From an uncultured virus (IMG/VR IMGVR_UViG_3300001346_000011) (lineage: Duplodnaviria; Heunggongvirae; Uroviricota; Caudoviricetes; Kyanoviridae), in the IMG/VR virus record IMGVR_UViG_3300001346_000011, positions 1-64,000 of that record: a stretch of 64,000 bases of DNA; one strand, 5' to 3'. Below the pieces are notes generated by a model. It made no database searches. It had not been told where the DNA came from and saw nothing but the letters and a program-made list of their open reading frames with translations. Each line of letters begins with the position of its first letter. Within the stretch, counting starts at the first letter, position 1. A program made the translations under genes and the position numbers. Shown piece after piece: positions 9,480 through 20,000 of the stretch.

Positions 9480-10238
9480 TTAACCAATTGCGAAGGAATA
9501 TCCTTGACCACCACCAGTTTGTGTTTTGACTTCTATTTCGAGTCTTTCCATTTCTGCTATGGCTTCTTGTTTTAATGCATCACCATTTAGTGATGTTCCA
9601 CCTTGTGGACCTGCTATTGTGTTGAATTTGCTTCTGGCTTCACCCAGCATGTATTTGCATTTGGCAAGTGTATAATCCTTTAACCATTTTTTTGCCAAAT
9701 AATCTTTAAGCAATTCTGAATCTGGTCTGTAATTGTAAGCCTCTAGTAATACTTCTTCACCTTGTCTTGGTCTTTGAAGTATTGTTAAATTTTTGGTTGT
9801 TGTGTTCCATTTAAATTCTATGAAAGAACCAAACATTCTTCCAACCAATTCTTGATATTGAGCAAACATATTGTATGTTGCTACACCACCCATGTTAGAA
9901 CTTGCTAATAGGTATGTGTTTGTGTATGCCATATTGAATGGTTCGAACAATGTACCACCATCTCCACCGCCTGATCTTGAACCTATTGATCTTCTGTAGA
10001 TTTGTCTAACTTCTATCACCTCGTTTGGAAGTGTATAATCGTTTTGATCCTTCACTAAAGGCAGAAACATATAACTTTCTTCAACAGAATTATCAGATCT
10101 CTGGCGAAATCTGTCTAATGCATCAGTTAATGCTGTTTCATAGTGTACAGGGTCTAATTCTACGTCTACCATACCGCCACCTAGGCTAGTGTGAACGTAG
10201 TCAAATACTTCTTGTTTTTGTGTGCTTAAATCACTCAT
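9480..10238 (-). CDS. gp13: Neck protein gp13-like (head-tail adaptor)
   Basis: LGGGMVDVELD, W.KDYTLA.CK..LGEARSKF..I.GP.GG..LNG..L..EA..E...L; start MSDLST at 10238 with GAGGA RBS. Confidence 0.85.
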   Translation of the reverse strand: MSDLSTQKQEVFDYVHTSLGGGMVDVELDPVHYETALTDALDRFRQRSDNSVEESYMFLPLVKDQNDYTLPNEVIEVRQIYRRSIGSRSGGGDGGTLFEPFNMAYTNTYLLASSNMGGVATYNMFAQYQELVGRMFGSFIEFKWNTTTKNLTILQRPRQGEEVLLEAYNYRPDSELLKDYLAKKWLKDYTLAKCKYMLGEARSKFNTIAGPQGGTSLNGDALKQEAIAEMERLEIEVKTQTGGGQGYSFAIG

Positions 10239-10254
10239 ACAGTTTTCCTCATAC

Positions 10255-10276
10255 ATATTTATCGTCCGATAAATAT
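10255..10276. promoter_or_regulatory. Back-to-back divergent late promoters forming a palindrome
   Basis: ATATTTATCG-TC-CGATAAATAT carries one ATAAATA on each strand, between divergent gp13 and gp14. Confidence 0.75.
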
Positions 10277-10282
10277 ATGTAT

Positions 10283-11440
10283 ATGCCGAGATTAAGTCTT
10301 TATAAACCAGAAAAAGGGAACGACTACACATTCTTAGACAAAACAGTGGTGGAAATGTTCACTGTGGGTGGAACCGATGTATTTGTACACAAATACCTAG
10401 GACCTAAAAATCCTGATGAAGCAGATGCCACTCCAGCAGAGCCTAGATATGATGCTGTCAAAGAAACCAACATACAAGACATGTTGTTCCTTGAAAACAG
10501 AGACAGAAAATACAGTCAAGATGTGTACAGTTTAAGAGGCATATACAATGTGCAAGATATTGATTTTGACATGAGTCAATTTGGACTATTTTTACAGAAT
10601 GACACATTGTTTATGACCATTCCAATCACCAGCAGTGTTAAAACATTGGGTAGAAAAGTTATGCCAGGTGATGTGTTTGAATTACCTCATTTGAAAGATG
10701 AATATGCACTGAATGATTTCAGTGTGGCACTTAAAAGATTTTATGTTGTGGAAGATGTCAGCAGAGCGGCAGAAGGATTTTCACAAACTTGGTATCCACA
10801 CCTATACAGAGTTAAACTGAAACAAATATATGACTCACAAGAATTTAAAGAAATATTAAACAAAGATGCAGGTGCAGGTGATGGTAAGACATTGCGAGAT
10901 GTATTATCTACATACGAACAAGAAATGCAAATCAATAATGCAGTCACTCAACAAGCAGAAGCAGATGCACCTAAGTCAGGATATGATATAGCACATTTTT
11001 ATACACTGCAAGTGGATGATAAAGGAAAACCAGAATTGGTCACAACTGATACATCAACACTAGACACATCTACTCAAAACACATTAGCGGACAGAGTAAA
11101 TCAAACTCCTAGCAAAGAAGGTTATGATGGATATTTGTTAGGTGATGGCATTCCACCCAATGGAGAACAGTTTGGATTTGGTATCAGTTTTCCAGGCACA
11201 TCGGACACAGGAGATTATTTTTTACGTACAGATTTTTTACCAAACAGACTGTTTAGATACAACGGTGGACGTTGGGTAAAAATGGAAGATAATGTACGCA
11301 TGACATTGACTAACACTGATACAAGAAACACACAAAAAGGTACGTTTGTTAACAATACTAAAACTTCAACAATTGCTGGTGAATCAGTTACTGAAAGACA
11401 GAGTTTATCAAAAGCACTAAAACCAAAGGCGGATAATTAA
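10283..11440 (+). CDS. gp14: Neck protein gp14-like (head closure)
   Basis: Start MPRLSLY at 10283; DMLFLENRDRKY, FDMSQFGLFL, GDVFELPHL resemble gp14-type proteins; position between gp13 and gp15. Confidence 0.7.
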   Translation: MPRLSLYKPEKGNDYTFLDKTVVEMFTVGGTDVFVHKYLGPKNPDEADATPAEPRYDAVKETNIQDMLFLENRDRKYSQDVYSLRGIYNVQDIDFDMSQFGLFLQNDTLFMTIPITSSVKTLGRKVMPGDVFELPHLKDEYALNDFSVALKRFYVVEDVSRAAEGFSQTWYPHLYRVKLKQIYDSQEFKEILNKDAGAGDGKTLRDVLSTYEQEMQINNAVTQQAEADAPKSGYDIAHFYTLQVDDKGKPELVTTDTSTLDTSTQNTLADRVNQTPSKEGYDGYLLGDGIPPNGEQFGFGISFPGTSDTGDYFLRTDFLPNRLFRYNGGRWVKMEDNVRMTLTNTDTRNTQKGTFVNNTKTSTIAGESVTERQSLSKALKPKADN

Positions 11441-12894
11441 TGCAATTTTTTTACGACGGACAAATTAGAAGATATATCACACAAATAATTAGATTGATGA
11501 GTAATTTTTCTTACAAAGATGGTGATGGTGGATTGAAAACTATACCTGTTATGTATGGAGATATTTCTAGACAGGTGAGTCACATCATAAGAGACAACTC
11601 AGAAAACAAATTACCGTCTGTTCCAAGAATGGGAATATATGTTACTGCATTAGAAATGGACAGAACACGTTTAGCAGATGCAAGTTTTGTGAGTAAAATT
11701 CATATTAGAGAAAGAGCATTTGACAGCAACAACAATGAATACTTGAACGAACAAGGTAAAAATGTTACTGTTGAAAGATTGATGCCTACTCCTTACACAT
11801 TATCATTGAATGCAGATATTTGGACATCCAACACAGAACAAAAATTGCAAATAATGGAACAGATAATGATGTTGTTTAATCCATCACTTGAGATTCAAAC
11901 CACAGACAATTATGTTGACTGGACCAGTTTGAGTGTTGTTGAATTAGCAAATATTGGTTTTTCATCAAGAACAATTCCACTAGGCACAGAAACAGAAGTT
12001 GATGTTGCAACATTAGGATTTACAACACCTATATACATATCACCACCAACAAAAGTTAAAAAACTAGGAGTGATTACTCATATTATCACAAGTATTTTCA
12101 ACGAAAAAACAGGCAATGTAGATTTGAGTCAAACAATGCCTGAACTTAATGCATATCAAGACGGAAATGATTTTGATATCAAAGCAAGTATCACTACCAA
12201 TGCAGATGGTTCTGTAGACACAAGTGTTGCCACAAGAAAAGACACTGACGCTGTGTTAGGTACAACAGGTATAAATTATGATGTTTACGTTTTAAACAGT
12301 GTTGCTCAAATAATTGAAAAAGGTGTTATAGGCAGTGTGGTTTGGACAGGAAATGTGCAAACTATTCCTAATTATAAAGATGGATTGAGCAAAATTTATC
12401 TAAACAGAGAAGGCATAGATGCTCCTGTGGTAGGTACTGTTGCAGTAAACGAAGCAAATCCATTCCAACTTTTAGTTGAGTGGGACGAAGATACAATCCC
12501 AACTGACACTGTAATTGTTGGACCAGTAACAACAAGTGGTTCTGTAGATTTCATAGTGGATCCTACCACATTCAATCCATCCAATGTAAAACAAAATGGA
12601 AAAAGATTGTTGTTACTTAAATCAATAGGTGATTCCGATAATGAAGATGGAGCAGATGCATGGAAAGGTGACAGCAACATAGATTTAGTTGCAGGTGCAA
12701 ATGACATTATAGAATGGAATGGCACAAATTGGGAAAATATTTTTGATGCAAGTGCTAATCCAAGCACCAATACCAATTTCTCAGAATCATTTATTACCAA
12801 TTTAAATACTGGTGTGCAGTACAAATGGAATGGTACAGAATGGTTATTGTCTTTCGAAGGTGAATATCGTAAAGGCACTTGGAAGATCCAGTAG
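11440..12894 (+). CDS. gp15: Tail terminator / sheath stabiliser gp15-like with C-terminal extension
   Basis: FFYD.QIRRYI.Q....SNF, IPVMYG, VPRM, PTPY.L....DIW..N.EQ.LQI.EQI...FNP. Confidence 0.85.
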   Translation: MQFFYDGQIRRYITQIIRLMSNFSYKDGDGGLKTIPVMYGDISRQVSHIIRDNSENKLPSVPRMGIYVTALEMDRTRLADASFVSKIHIRERAFDSNNNEYLNEQGKNVTVERLMPTPYTLSLNADIWTSNTEQKLQIMEQIMMLFNPSLEIQTTDNYVDWTSLSVVELANIGFSSRTIPLGTETEVDVATLGFTTPIYISPPTKVKKLGVITHIITSIFNEKTGNVDLSQTMPELNAYQDGNDFDIKASITTNADGSVDTSVATRKDTDAVLGTTGINYDVYVLNSVAQIIEKGVIGSVVWTGNVQTIPNYKDGLSKIYLNREGIDAPVVGTVAVNEANPFQLLVEWDEDTIPTDTVIVGPVTTSGSVDFIVDPTTFNPSNVKQNGKRLLLLKSIGDSDNEDGADAWKGDSNIDLVAGANDIIEWNGTNWENIFDASANPSTNTNFSESFITNLNTGVQYKWNGTEWLLSFEGEYRKGTWKIQ

Positions 12895-12910
12895 TCACAT
12901 AATTAATTGT

Positions 12911-13345
12911 ATGAACAGTAAGATTGTAGGGTGTGGAGCACTCTTCTATACACTAGATACAAAAAGATTTTTATTACTACACAGAACTCAAAGCAAACAA
13001 AATAATGTTTGGGGATTGGTTGGTGGTACTACAACTTCAGATAAAAATTTGTGGGAAGGTCTTCAAAGAGAGATTCAAGAAGAAATAGGCACTCAACAAA
13101 TTAAGAAAACTATTCCAATGGAAACGTTTATCAGTAATGATGAAAATTTTTTATACCACACCTATTTGTGTGTGGTAGAAAAAGAATTTATTCCAACACT
13201 AAACACAGAACATGATGGCTATGCTTGGGTTACTTTTGGTAACTGGCCCAAACCATTACACCAAGGATTGCGTAAGACATTCCAAAACAAAACAAACCAA
13301 ATTAAATTAGACACTGTGTTTAAAATGCTTAAATTAATCAAATGA
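12911..13345 (+). CDS. NUDIX hydrolase
   Basis: WGLVGG...REIQEEIG Nudix box (first Glu replaced); LNTEHDGYAW; start MNSKIV at 12911. Confidence 0.85.
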   Translation: MNSKIVGCGALFYTLDTKRFLLLHRTQSKQNNVWGLVGGTTTSDKNLWEGLQREIQEEIGTQQIKKTIPMETFISNDENFLYHTYLCVVEKEFIPTLNTEHDGYAWVTFGNWPKPLHQGLRKTFQNKTNQIKLDTVFKMLKLIK

Positions 13346-14592
13346 AAATAATTGGAGATGTAATGCTGGATGTGTGGGTACAAGGTGATTGTACCAAAGT
13401 ATCACCGGAAGCATCAGCATTGGTATTAAAAGAAAATGACCGCAATTACAACATAGGAGGGGCAGGAAACCTCGCTTTAAACCTATCAAATCTCGGCGTA
13501 GACACGCATCTTTACAGTGCCGTGGGCAACGACGCCCCGGGTCATAGAATACAAGAAATACTGCTTAAAAACAACATCAAAACATTCATAAGCAATGATG
13601 CTGTAACCAGCACTGTGAAAACACGCATGATTGGTGCAGACGGACAACACCTGTTGAGGCTGGATCGTGAAGAACAATACACTCAATCTGAGCCCATGAT
13701 TAATTTGGTAAAAAATTTACAAAAAGATGATGTAATTTTGATCAGCGATTACAACAAAGGAGTAATCAACCAATCGTTGGTTAATGACGTTGTGCATCTT
13801 GTCAAAAGAGTTTATGTGGATCCAAAACAAAATCCTGAATCGTATACAGGTGCATATTTGGTTAAACCCAACATGAAAGAATATGAACAATGGTTTGGAA
13901 AATTTGATTCTAAAACTGCTGATCAATTCAGAATAAAATTTAATTGGGATTGGTTAATTGTGACAGATGGCGGCAACGGTATTCATGTTGTTGGTCAAGA
14001 TGAATATCAACATATCACTGGTGATGCTGTAGAATTAGCAGATGTTAGTGGTGCAGGAGATACTGTGTTGGCAATTATTGTAAAATACGTTGAACAAGGA
14101 TACAGCATGACAGATGCTTGTACGTTGGCATTAAAAGGTGCCAGTAAAGTGGTACAACATCGAGGCGTTACAGTGGTACAGATCAGCGATATAGAAGACA
14201 CAGTGGTTTGGACCAACGGTGTGTTTGATATTTTACATCAAGGACATTTAGAATTATTAAAATTTGCTAAAAGCCATGGAGACAAATTGATTGTTGGAAT
14301 AAATGCAGATGAAAGTGTAAAAAGATTAAAAGGAAATGATAGACCATTGAACAATACATTGATTAGAAAAAAACAATTGATGGAATTGCCTTGGGTAGAT
14401 CAAGTGGTTGTGTTCCATGAAGACACACCTATAGAAGCATTGCAAACAATCAAACCTAATGTGATTGTGAAAGGTGGTGATTACACAGTGGCAACCACAG
14501 TGGGAAATGAGATGGCTGAAGTTGTGATATTTCCAACTGTAGACGGTTTTTCAACCACAAATATTTTAGAGAAAGTTAAAAATGAAAATTGA
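13342..14592 (+). CDS. hldE: Bifunctional heptose-7-phosphate kinase / heptose-1-phosphate adenylyltransferase
   Basis: GDVMLD, SPEA, GGAGN, SDYNKG, VDPK, KPN, DVSGAGDT (PfkB) plus TNGVFDILHQGH, VG.N.D.SVKRLKG..RP, VKGGDY, STT. Confidence 0.93.
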   Translation: MKIIGDVMLDVWVQGDCTKVSPEASALVLKENDRNYNIGGAGNLALNLSNLGVDTHLYSAVGNDAPGHRIQEILLKNNIKTFISNDAVTSTVKTRMIGADGQHLLRLDREEQYTQSEPMINLVKNLQKDDVILISDYNKGVINQSLVNDVVHLVKRVYVDPKQNPESYTGAYLVKPNMKEYEQWFGKFDSKTADQFRIKFNWDWLIVTDGGNGIHVVGQDEYQHITGDAVELADVSGAGDTVLAIIVKYVEQGYSMTDACTLALKGASKVVQHRGVTVVQISDIEDTVVWTNGVFDILHQGHLELLKFAKSHGDKLIVGINADESVKRLKGNDRPLNNTLIRKKQLMELPWVDQVVVFHEDTPIEALQTIKPNVIVKGGDYTVATTVGNEMAEVVIFPTVDGFSTTNILEKVKNEN

Positions 14593-15184
14593 AATAAGAA
14601 ATAATAGAATGTTATGCACAGATGTACTGGCAAAAGAGCACTATGAATATATTTTTAAAACCATGACCAATGATACATTTACTTGGAATTACAATGATCA
14701 CGTGGTTAAGAAATCAGAATTTGATACAGAAGAAAAACATCAATTGCAGTTTGTTCATAAGTTTCACGAAGTCAGTCAAATTTTGACTACACCAGAATAT
14801 TGGCAAATGTTGTTTCCTATATTTGAAGTGCTTCAGCCTCACACCTTTATCAGAGTAAAAGCAAATAATATTCCAAGTAAAGAAAAAATTATCACTCATG
14901 GAATGCATACTGATACTGGAATACCATTGAGTTACACAGCAATCTATTATGTGAACACAAACAATGGTTTTACAGAGTTTGAAGATGACAAAATCGACAG
15001 TGTTGCTAATTCAATGGTTGTGTTTCCTAGTTACATGAAACACACAGGATCTACTTGTACAGATGCTAGGAGCAGAATCAACATAAACATAAATTTCGTT
15101 GCTGATCATAGAAGCGAATTTATAAAACCCATTGTGCCCAATGAAGCACATGATACAATTAAACTTTGGAGAAATCACGAATGA
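14582..15184 (+). CDS. Putative 2OG-Fe(II) oxygenase
   Basis: RVKAN, HTD, TAIYYVNTNNG.T, N..V.FP....H, R.NININF. Confidence 0.85.
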   Translation: MKIEIRNNRMLCTDVLAKEHYEYIFKTMTNDTFTWNYNDHVVKKSEFDTEEKHQLQFVHKFHEVSQILTTPEYWQMLFPIFEVLQPHTFIRVKANNIPSKEKIITHGMHTDTGIPLSYTAIYYVNTNNGFTEFEDDKIDSVANSMVVFPSYMKHTGSTCTDARSRINININFVADHRSEFIKPIVPNEAHDTIKLWRNHE

Positions 15185-15996
15185 AAATTTGCGTAACAGG
15201 AGCGGAAGGATTTATAGGAAAAAATTTGTGTAAGCATTTAAATGATATGAATTATGAAGTGACCATGTTTGAATATGCTTCTAACACTTTTCCTGATCCC
15301 AGCCTGTATGATTGGGTAATTCATCTTGGAGCAATCAGTTCTACAACAGAAAGAAATGTAGAATTAATCATGGATCAGAATTATGAATACAGTATGAAAT
15401 TGTTACAGATGTGTGACACCATGGGAGTAAACTTTCAATATGCCAGTTCTGCTAGTGTGTATGGCAACACAAACAGTTTTGTAGAAAATGGTCCTGTTTA
15501 TCCTCAATCACCATATGCTTGGAGCAAATATTTGTTTGATAGATTCATTCAACAAGCCATGGGAGAATTTAAAATATTAGTACAGGGGTTTAGATATTTT
15601 AATGTGTATGGACAACATGAAGAACACAAAGGTGATCAAGCATCTCCAGTAACTAAATTTTCAAAACAAGCAAAAGAAAGTGGTGTGATCAAGTTATTCG
15701 AAAATAGTGACCAATATCTTAGAGATTTTGTGTGTGTAGATGATGTGTGCAATGTGCAGTGTCAAATGCTACAAAAAGACATCAGTGGTATCTACAATGT
15801 TGGTACAGGTACAGCAACGTCATTTCAATCAGTAGCAGAATCTGTGGCTAAAAAATACAATGCCAAAATAGAAACAATTCCTATGCCAGAAAAATTAAAA
15901 GGGCAATATCAGTCTTACACCTGTGCAGATTTGACAGAATTAAATAAAAATGTTACAATAAATTATAAAACAGTTGAGCAATATCTAAATGATTAA
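15181..15996 (+). CDS. hldD: ADP-L-glycero-D-manno-heptose 6-epimerase
   Basis: TGAEGFIG, HLGAISSTTE, YASSASVYG, YAWSK, FRYFNVYG..E.HKG.QAS, RDFVCVDD, YQSYT.AD; start MKIC at 15181. Confidence 0.92.
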   Translation: MKICVTGAEGFIGKNLCKHLNDMNYEVTMFEYASNTFPDPSLYDWVIHLGAISSTTERNVELIMDQNYEYSMKLLQMCDTMGVNFQYASSASVYGNTNSFVENGPVYPQSPYAWSKYLFDRFIQQAMGEFKILVQGFRYFNVYGQHEEHKGDQASPVTKFSKQAKESGVIKLFENSDQYLRDFVCVDDVCNVQCQMLQKDISGIYNVGTGTATSFQSVAESVAKKYNAKIETIPMPEKLKGQYQSYTCADLTELNKNVTINYKTVEQYLND

Positions 15997-16366
15997 TAAA
16001 GAAGGTAAAGTAGACAAAGGTTGGGGATACGAATTAATTTGGGCTTCCAACGACAAATACTGTGGTAAAATAATGGTGTTTGAAAGAAAAGGTGCTAAAT
16101 TTTCAATGCATTTTCATAAAACCAAAGATGAAACTTGGTTTGTAAATGAGGGTAAATTTTTGTTAAGTTGGATTGATACTCAAACTGCAACGTTACTTAC
16201 AAAAGAACTTAAAGAAGGCGAAACATGGAGAAACTTACCTCTGATGCCACACCAAGTACAATGCTTAACTGATCGAGGTAGCATCACTGAAGTGAGCACT
16301 GCTGACGATCCAGAAGACAATTATAGAATCATTCCTGGCGATTCACAAAAAATAGAAGAAAAATAA
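15989..16366 (+). CDS. Cupin-fold sugar isomerase-like protein
   Basis: KGWG.E.IW, SMHFH..KDETW, PH, EVST....DNYR...GDSQ. Confidence 0.85.
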   Translation: MINKEGKVDKGWGYELIWASNDKYCGKIMVFERKGAKFSMHFHKTKDETWFVNEGKFLLSWIDTQTATLLTKELKEGETWRNLPLMPHQVQCLTDRGSITEVSTADDPEDNYRIIPGDSQKIEEK

Positions 16367-16367
16367 T

Positions 16368-16955
16368 TTATTTTTTTTGATGTATCCAGACGTGATCTGG
16401 GTGTTTCTTATAATCGTTGCCAAAATATTTTTGTACTGCTTTTTTTACTCCTGACAACCAGAAGTCGTGTCCTGTTATAAATCCACCAGATTTAACTTTT
16501 GGTGTCCATTTTTCAATATCTTGCGAACATCCATCAAATCCATGATCAGCATCTAAAAACACAAAATCTAATGAATTATCTTCAATTAATAAAGACGCAT
16601 TTGAAGTCCAATCTTTTATAAATTGAGCTCTTGTTCCAAATTCATTTTGTAACTCTTTTATGAAATTGTAATACAGTGAGTGATCATAACTAAACCCCAT
16701 ATGAGGTTGATCATATGTTCTTTTTCGTTGAGGATCAGTACTTCCATTTGGTTGACTTTCGTACAAATCTACACCAATCAGGGTAAGTTCAGGACAATGA
16801 GATAACAAAAAATAATAAAGTTCGCCGCTTCTAACTCCTAGTTCAGCGCCTTTTTTTAAATTGTGTTTTTTAATTAATTTTTGTAAAACAAAACATCGTT
16901 CAGGTTCTTTGTGTGGGTTTTCTCTTTCCAGTACACGAAGCCTATTATAATTCAT
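16368..16955 (-). CDS. Class I SAM-dependent methyltransferase
   Basis: GAELGV..G, GVD, DFVFLDADH, W.PKVK.GG...GHD; start MNYNRL at 16955. Confidence 0.88.
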   Translation of the reverse strand: MNYNRLRVLERENPHKEPERCFVLQKLIKKHNLKKGAELGVRSGELYYFLLSHCPELTLIGVDLYESQPNGSTDPQRKRTYDQPHMGFSYDHSLYYNFIKELQNEFGTRAQFIKDWTSNASLLIEDNSLDFVFLDADHGFDGCSQDIEKWTPKVKSGGFITGHDFWLSGVKKAVQKYFGNDYKKHPDHVWIHQKK

Positions 16956-16959
16956 CTTA

Positions 16960-17082
16960 TCAGTCTTTGTTAATACATTCCTTACAAACACAGTCTGGAC
17001 AATCTAGACATTCTCCACACGATTTTTTGCAGTGTTGTTCACACCCACACGTCTCGCATATATGTTTGATGAGTTGGAGCAT
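16960..17082 (-). CDS. Small Cys-rich, metallothionein-like protein (40 aa)
   Basis: Not in ORF track. MLQLIKHICETCGCEQHCKKSCGECLDCPDCVCKECINKD; ATG overlaps the upstream stop (TAATG) and the ORF fills the intergenic gap exactly. Confidence 0.75.
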   Translation of the reverse strand: MLQLIKHICETCGCEQHCKKSCGECLDCPDCVCKECINKD

Positions 17083-20000
17083 TAAGCCTGTGCTTCTGAC
17101 CAACGCAGTGTAACTGTTGCGGATACATCGCCTGTACCAGCAGTTCTAAATACATTGATCGCTAACACGTCAGGACCATTCGGGAACGTACCTCTACCTC
17201 CCAAGGTAGTGTTAGTTAATGCTTTGATCTTGTCTAAGGCAAGTGTTGCTCTTTCACCCGGTTGTGCAACAAAAGAGAAAATAGTTTCACCTGGTTGTGC
17301 ATAAGGAGGTTGACCAAAGTTAAATGATATACTGCTTGCCGCGGCAATCGTTCCATTGAATGTTTGGTTAAAGTCAACTCTGTAGTATTCTGTTGTCCCA
17401 AACACAGTTTTAGCCTGTACACTTTGTACAGTTGTGCCTGGTGGAAATTCAGTTGTTGTTGCTGTATCCACTTCAGTACCTGCAACAGCGTTTGAGGCTT
17501 CCCATGATGTTGGATCAAAGAACAAGTAGTTAGTACTTGCAAAGTCACCACCAAATGCAAAGTTCACAGCATCACCGCCCGATACACCTGTGTGTCTGTT
17601 TGAAAATCTTACAAAGTAATATGAACCATTATCACTAATCTGTGTAACCACTGTGTTGCTAGGGAATTGTGCTGAGGTTACACGCATACCTACCACGTGT
17701 CCTTTGCCTTCCCATTGTGCTTCCAAGAAATACATATAGTTTCTGTTACCACCCAAGTTAAACCAGTGAGTAGATGAAGATGTCATTTCTGCTATCGTGT
17801 CTGCTGTCGCAGTTGTGATTGATGCACCACCGTTCCAGTTAACTGAACCACCCGGAGCAATCTCCGCAAAACTTGGTTGTCCACCTTGTGCTGTTCCTTG
17901 TAGTCCTGTCCAACCTATGTCTGCTGGATCAATTGGATAGTTTTGTGGATTAATAATTCCTTGAATCACCAACTGACCTTGTACACCACCTGCCGCAACT
18001 GGCTCTGTGGTAATCTCAATACCATCCAGTAGCAACTGGGCTCTGTTCAATAGATCTCTGTCTCCCAAGTCACCTGTTAAGGCATTGGATACTGAAGGAG
18101 CCAATCTCATTAAGAATACAGTTTGTCTAATTGTTGATAGTCGTAATCCTTGACCTGAGTAACTGAATAGATATCCTCTATCTTCGTCAAAGTTACCATC
18201 TGTTAGATATGCTGATCCCCAGTGTGATATGATTGGAGATGCTGTGTTTGATATCAACACAACTCCAGTGTTTCTAAAGTGTGCCGCCGCCGCACCCGCT
18301 GAATAGTTTCTTGTGGCACCTGCCGCAAAGTTTGTAAGTTGTGCCGCTCTAGTACAACCTGTCAATGTGTCACCTGTGATACCTGTAAATGTTATAATTT
18401 CGTTATCAATGTACACAGTACCACCTGTTGTTGGGAAGAATGAAGCGTCTTCCACTGTAAGTGTGGTTTGTGTTGCATCCATATTTTCAAATAATTTTGC
18501 ACCAGGACCTTCGTTGGTTACTTCATAACGTACAGGTTGGTTACCTGTTCTCATAAATGCTTCTGTGTTAACGTTTGAATTTCTCATTCTGTGTACAAAA
18601 ATAAAGTTACCTGTTTGACCTCTAGTCATCCAATCGATGAATCCAGCCCCGTACCATGAAAACTGTATCCCAATCATCTGCATCTTAGACACGTCCCATT
18701 TGTATCCACTTGGTCCTGTTCCGTCTAATACATCTTTGTTAAATTCTGATTGTTTTGCTTTTTTGTCTACCACAGCACACATCTTCACACCTGATGATGT
18801 GTTAACACCTCTATAATCTGGAGTAACACTCATTGTTGTGTTGTCTGTAATTCCTGATACCACGTGTGTCATACCTCTGATTACAACTCTGTCACCTGCT
18901 TTAATTTGTTCTCTGAATCTTGTACCCACACCTGTCACATTATTTGAATCTGGTGTAACTGTGATTGTGCCTGCCAATTGTCTTGTTGCAGTTCTTTGCA
19001 CAGCATTTGTGTTTTGTCCATCATACTCCCAGAAAATTCCGTTTTGATCATCAAATATACCTGATCTTACAGTGGCACCATTCCATTGATACAATGACAC
19101 TTGAGGTTGATCTGTAAATTCTGGAGTAGTTCCTCCCAAAGTGATTTGTGCAATCACTGTGAATGTTCTTTCATTTGTTATTGATGTGATAGTGTATGTT
19201 CCATCATAACCTGATGTTGCAATACCTACTAATCTAATAATAGCACCTACCTGTAAATTGTGGTCAACATCATCTGTTGTTACAGTGATTGTAGAACCTG
19301 ATGCTGTGCCATCTGCTGATAAATCAAGTATGTCATAACTTGGAGCAAATAGAGCACCAGTGGTATACATACAACCTTTACCTGATTGATATCTGATATA
19401 TTTTTTAGATTGACGTATTGCTTGAGCACCGTGAGCCGGTCCACCTGTTCCTAATTGTACACCACCATCAAATGGTCTGTGTATAAAGAATGAATCTGGT
19501 CTACCATATATAGATCCTTGCCAACCAGCATCTGTGATAGCACCTGGTGATCTCACTTGATATGTTAAACTTGTTGGTGATGGAATTGATGTTGCTAAGA
19601 ATGGTCCTGAAGCCAATATGTGATTGTTTGATCCGTCATCTGATTGTATCACAACTAAAAATGCATTACCTGGCACAAGTCCATGTGGTGTTGTGAAATT
19701 AACTCTCATTGTTGCCAATGCAGAATATGATATTGTTGCAGATAATGGAATTGCTTGTGAAACTGGATCTGAAATTGTTACTGAAGAGTATACACTGATA
19801 CCAGTTCCTCCAATTGCTGTTCCTGAATGTGTGTTGTTAACCACACCACCGAATGAAGTGATCGATTGTACACGAACAGTTATATCATTGGCTGGTGTTG
19901 ATCCACCCAGACTTGCTCCACTAATTACAACTTTGTCTCCAACTGCATAGTTTGATCCATCTTGAACCACAGTGACTTCTGTGTAATCCGTTGATGAATC

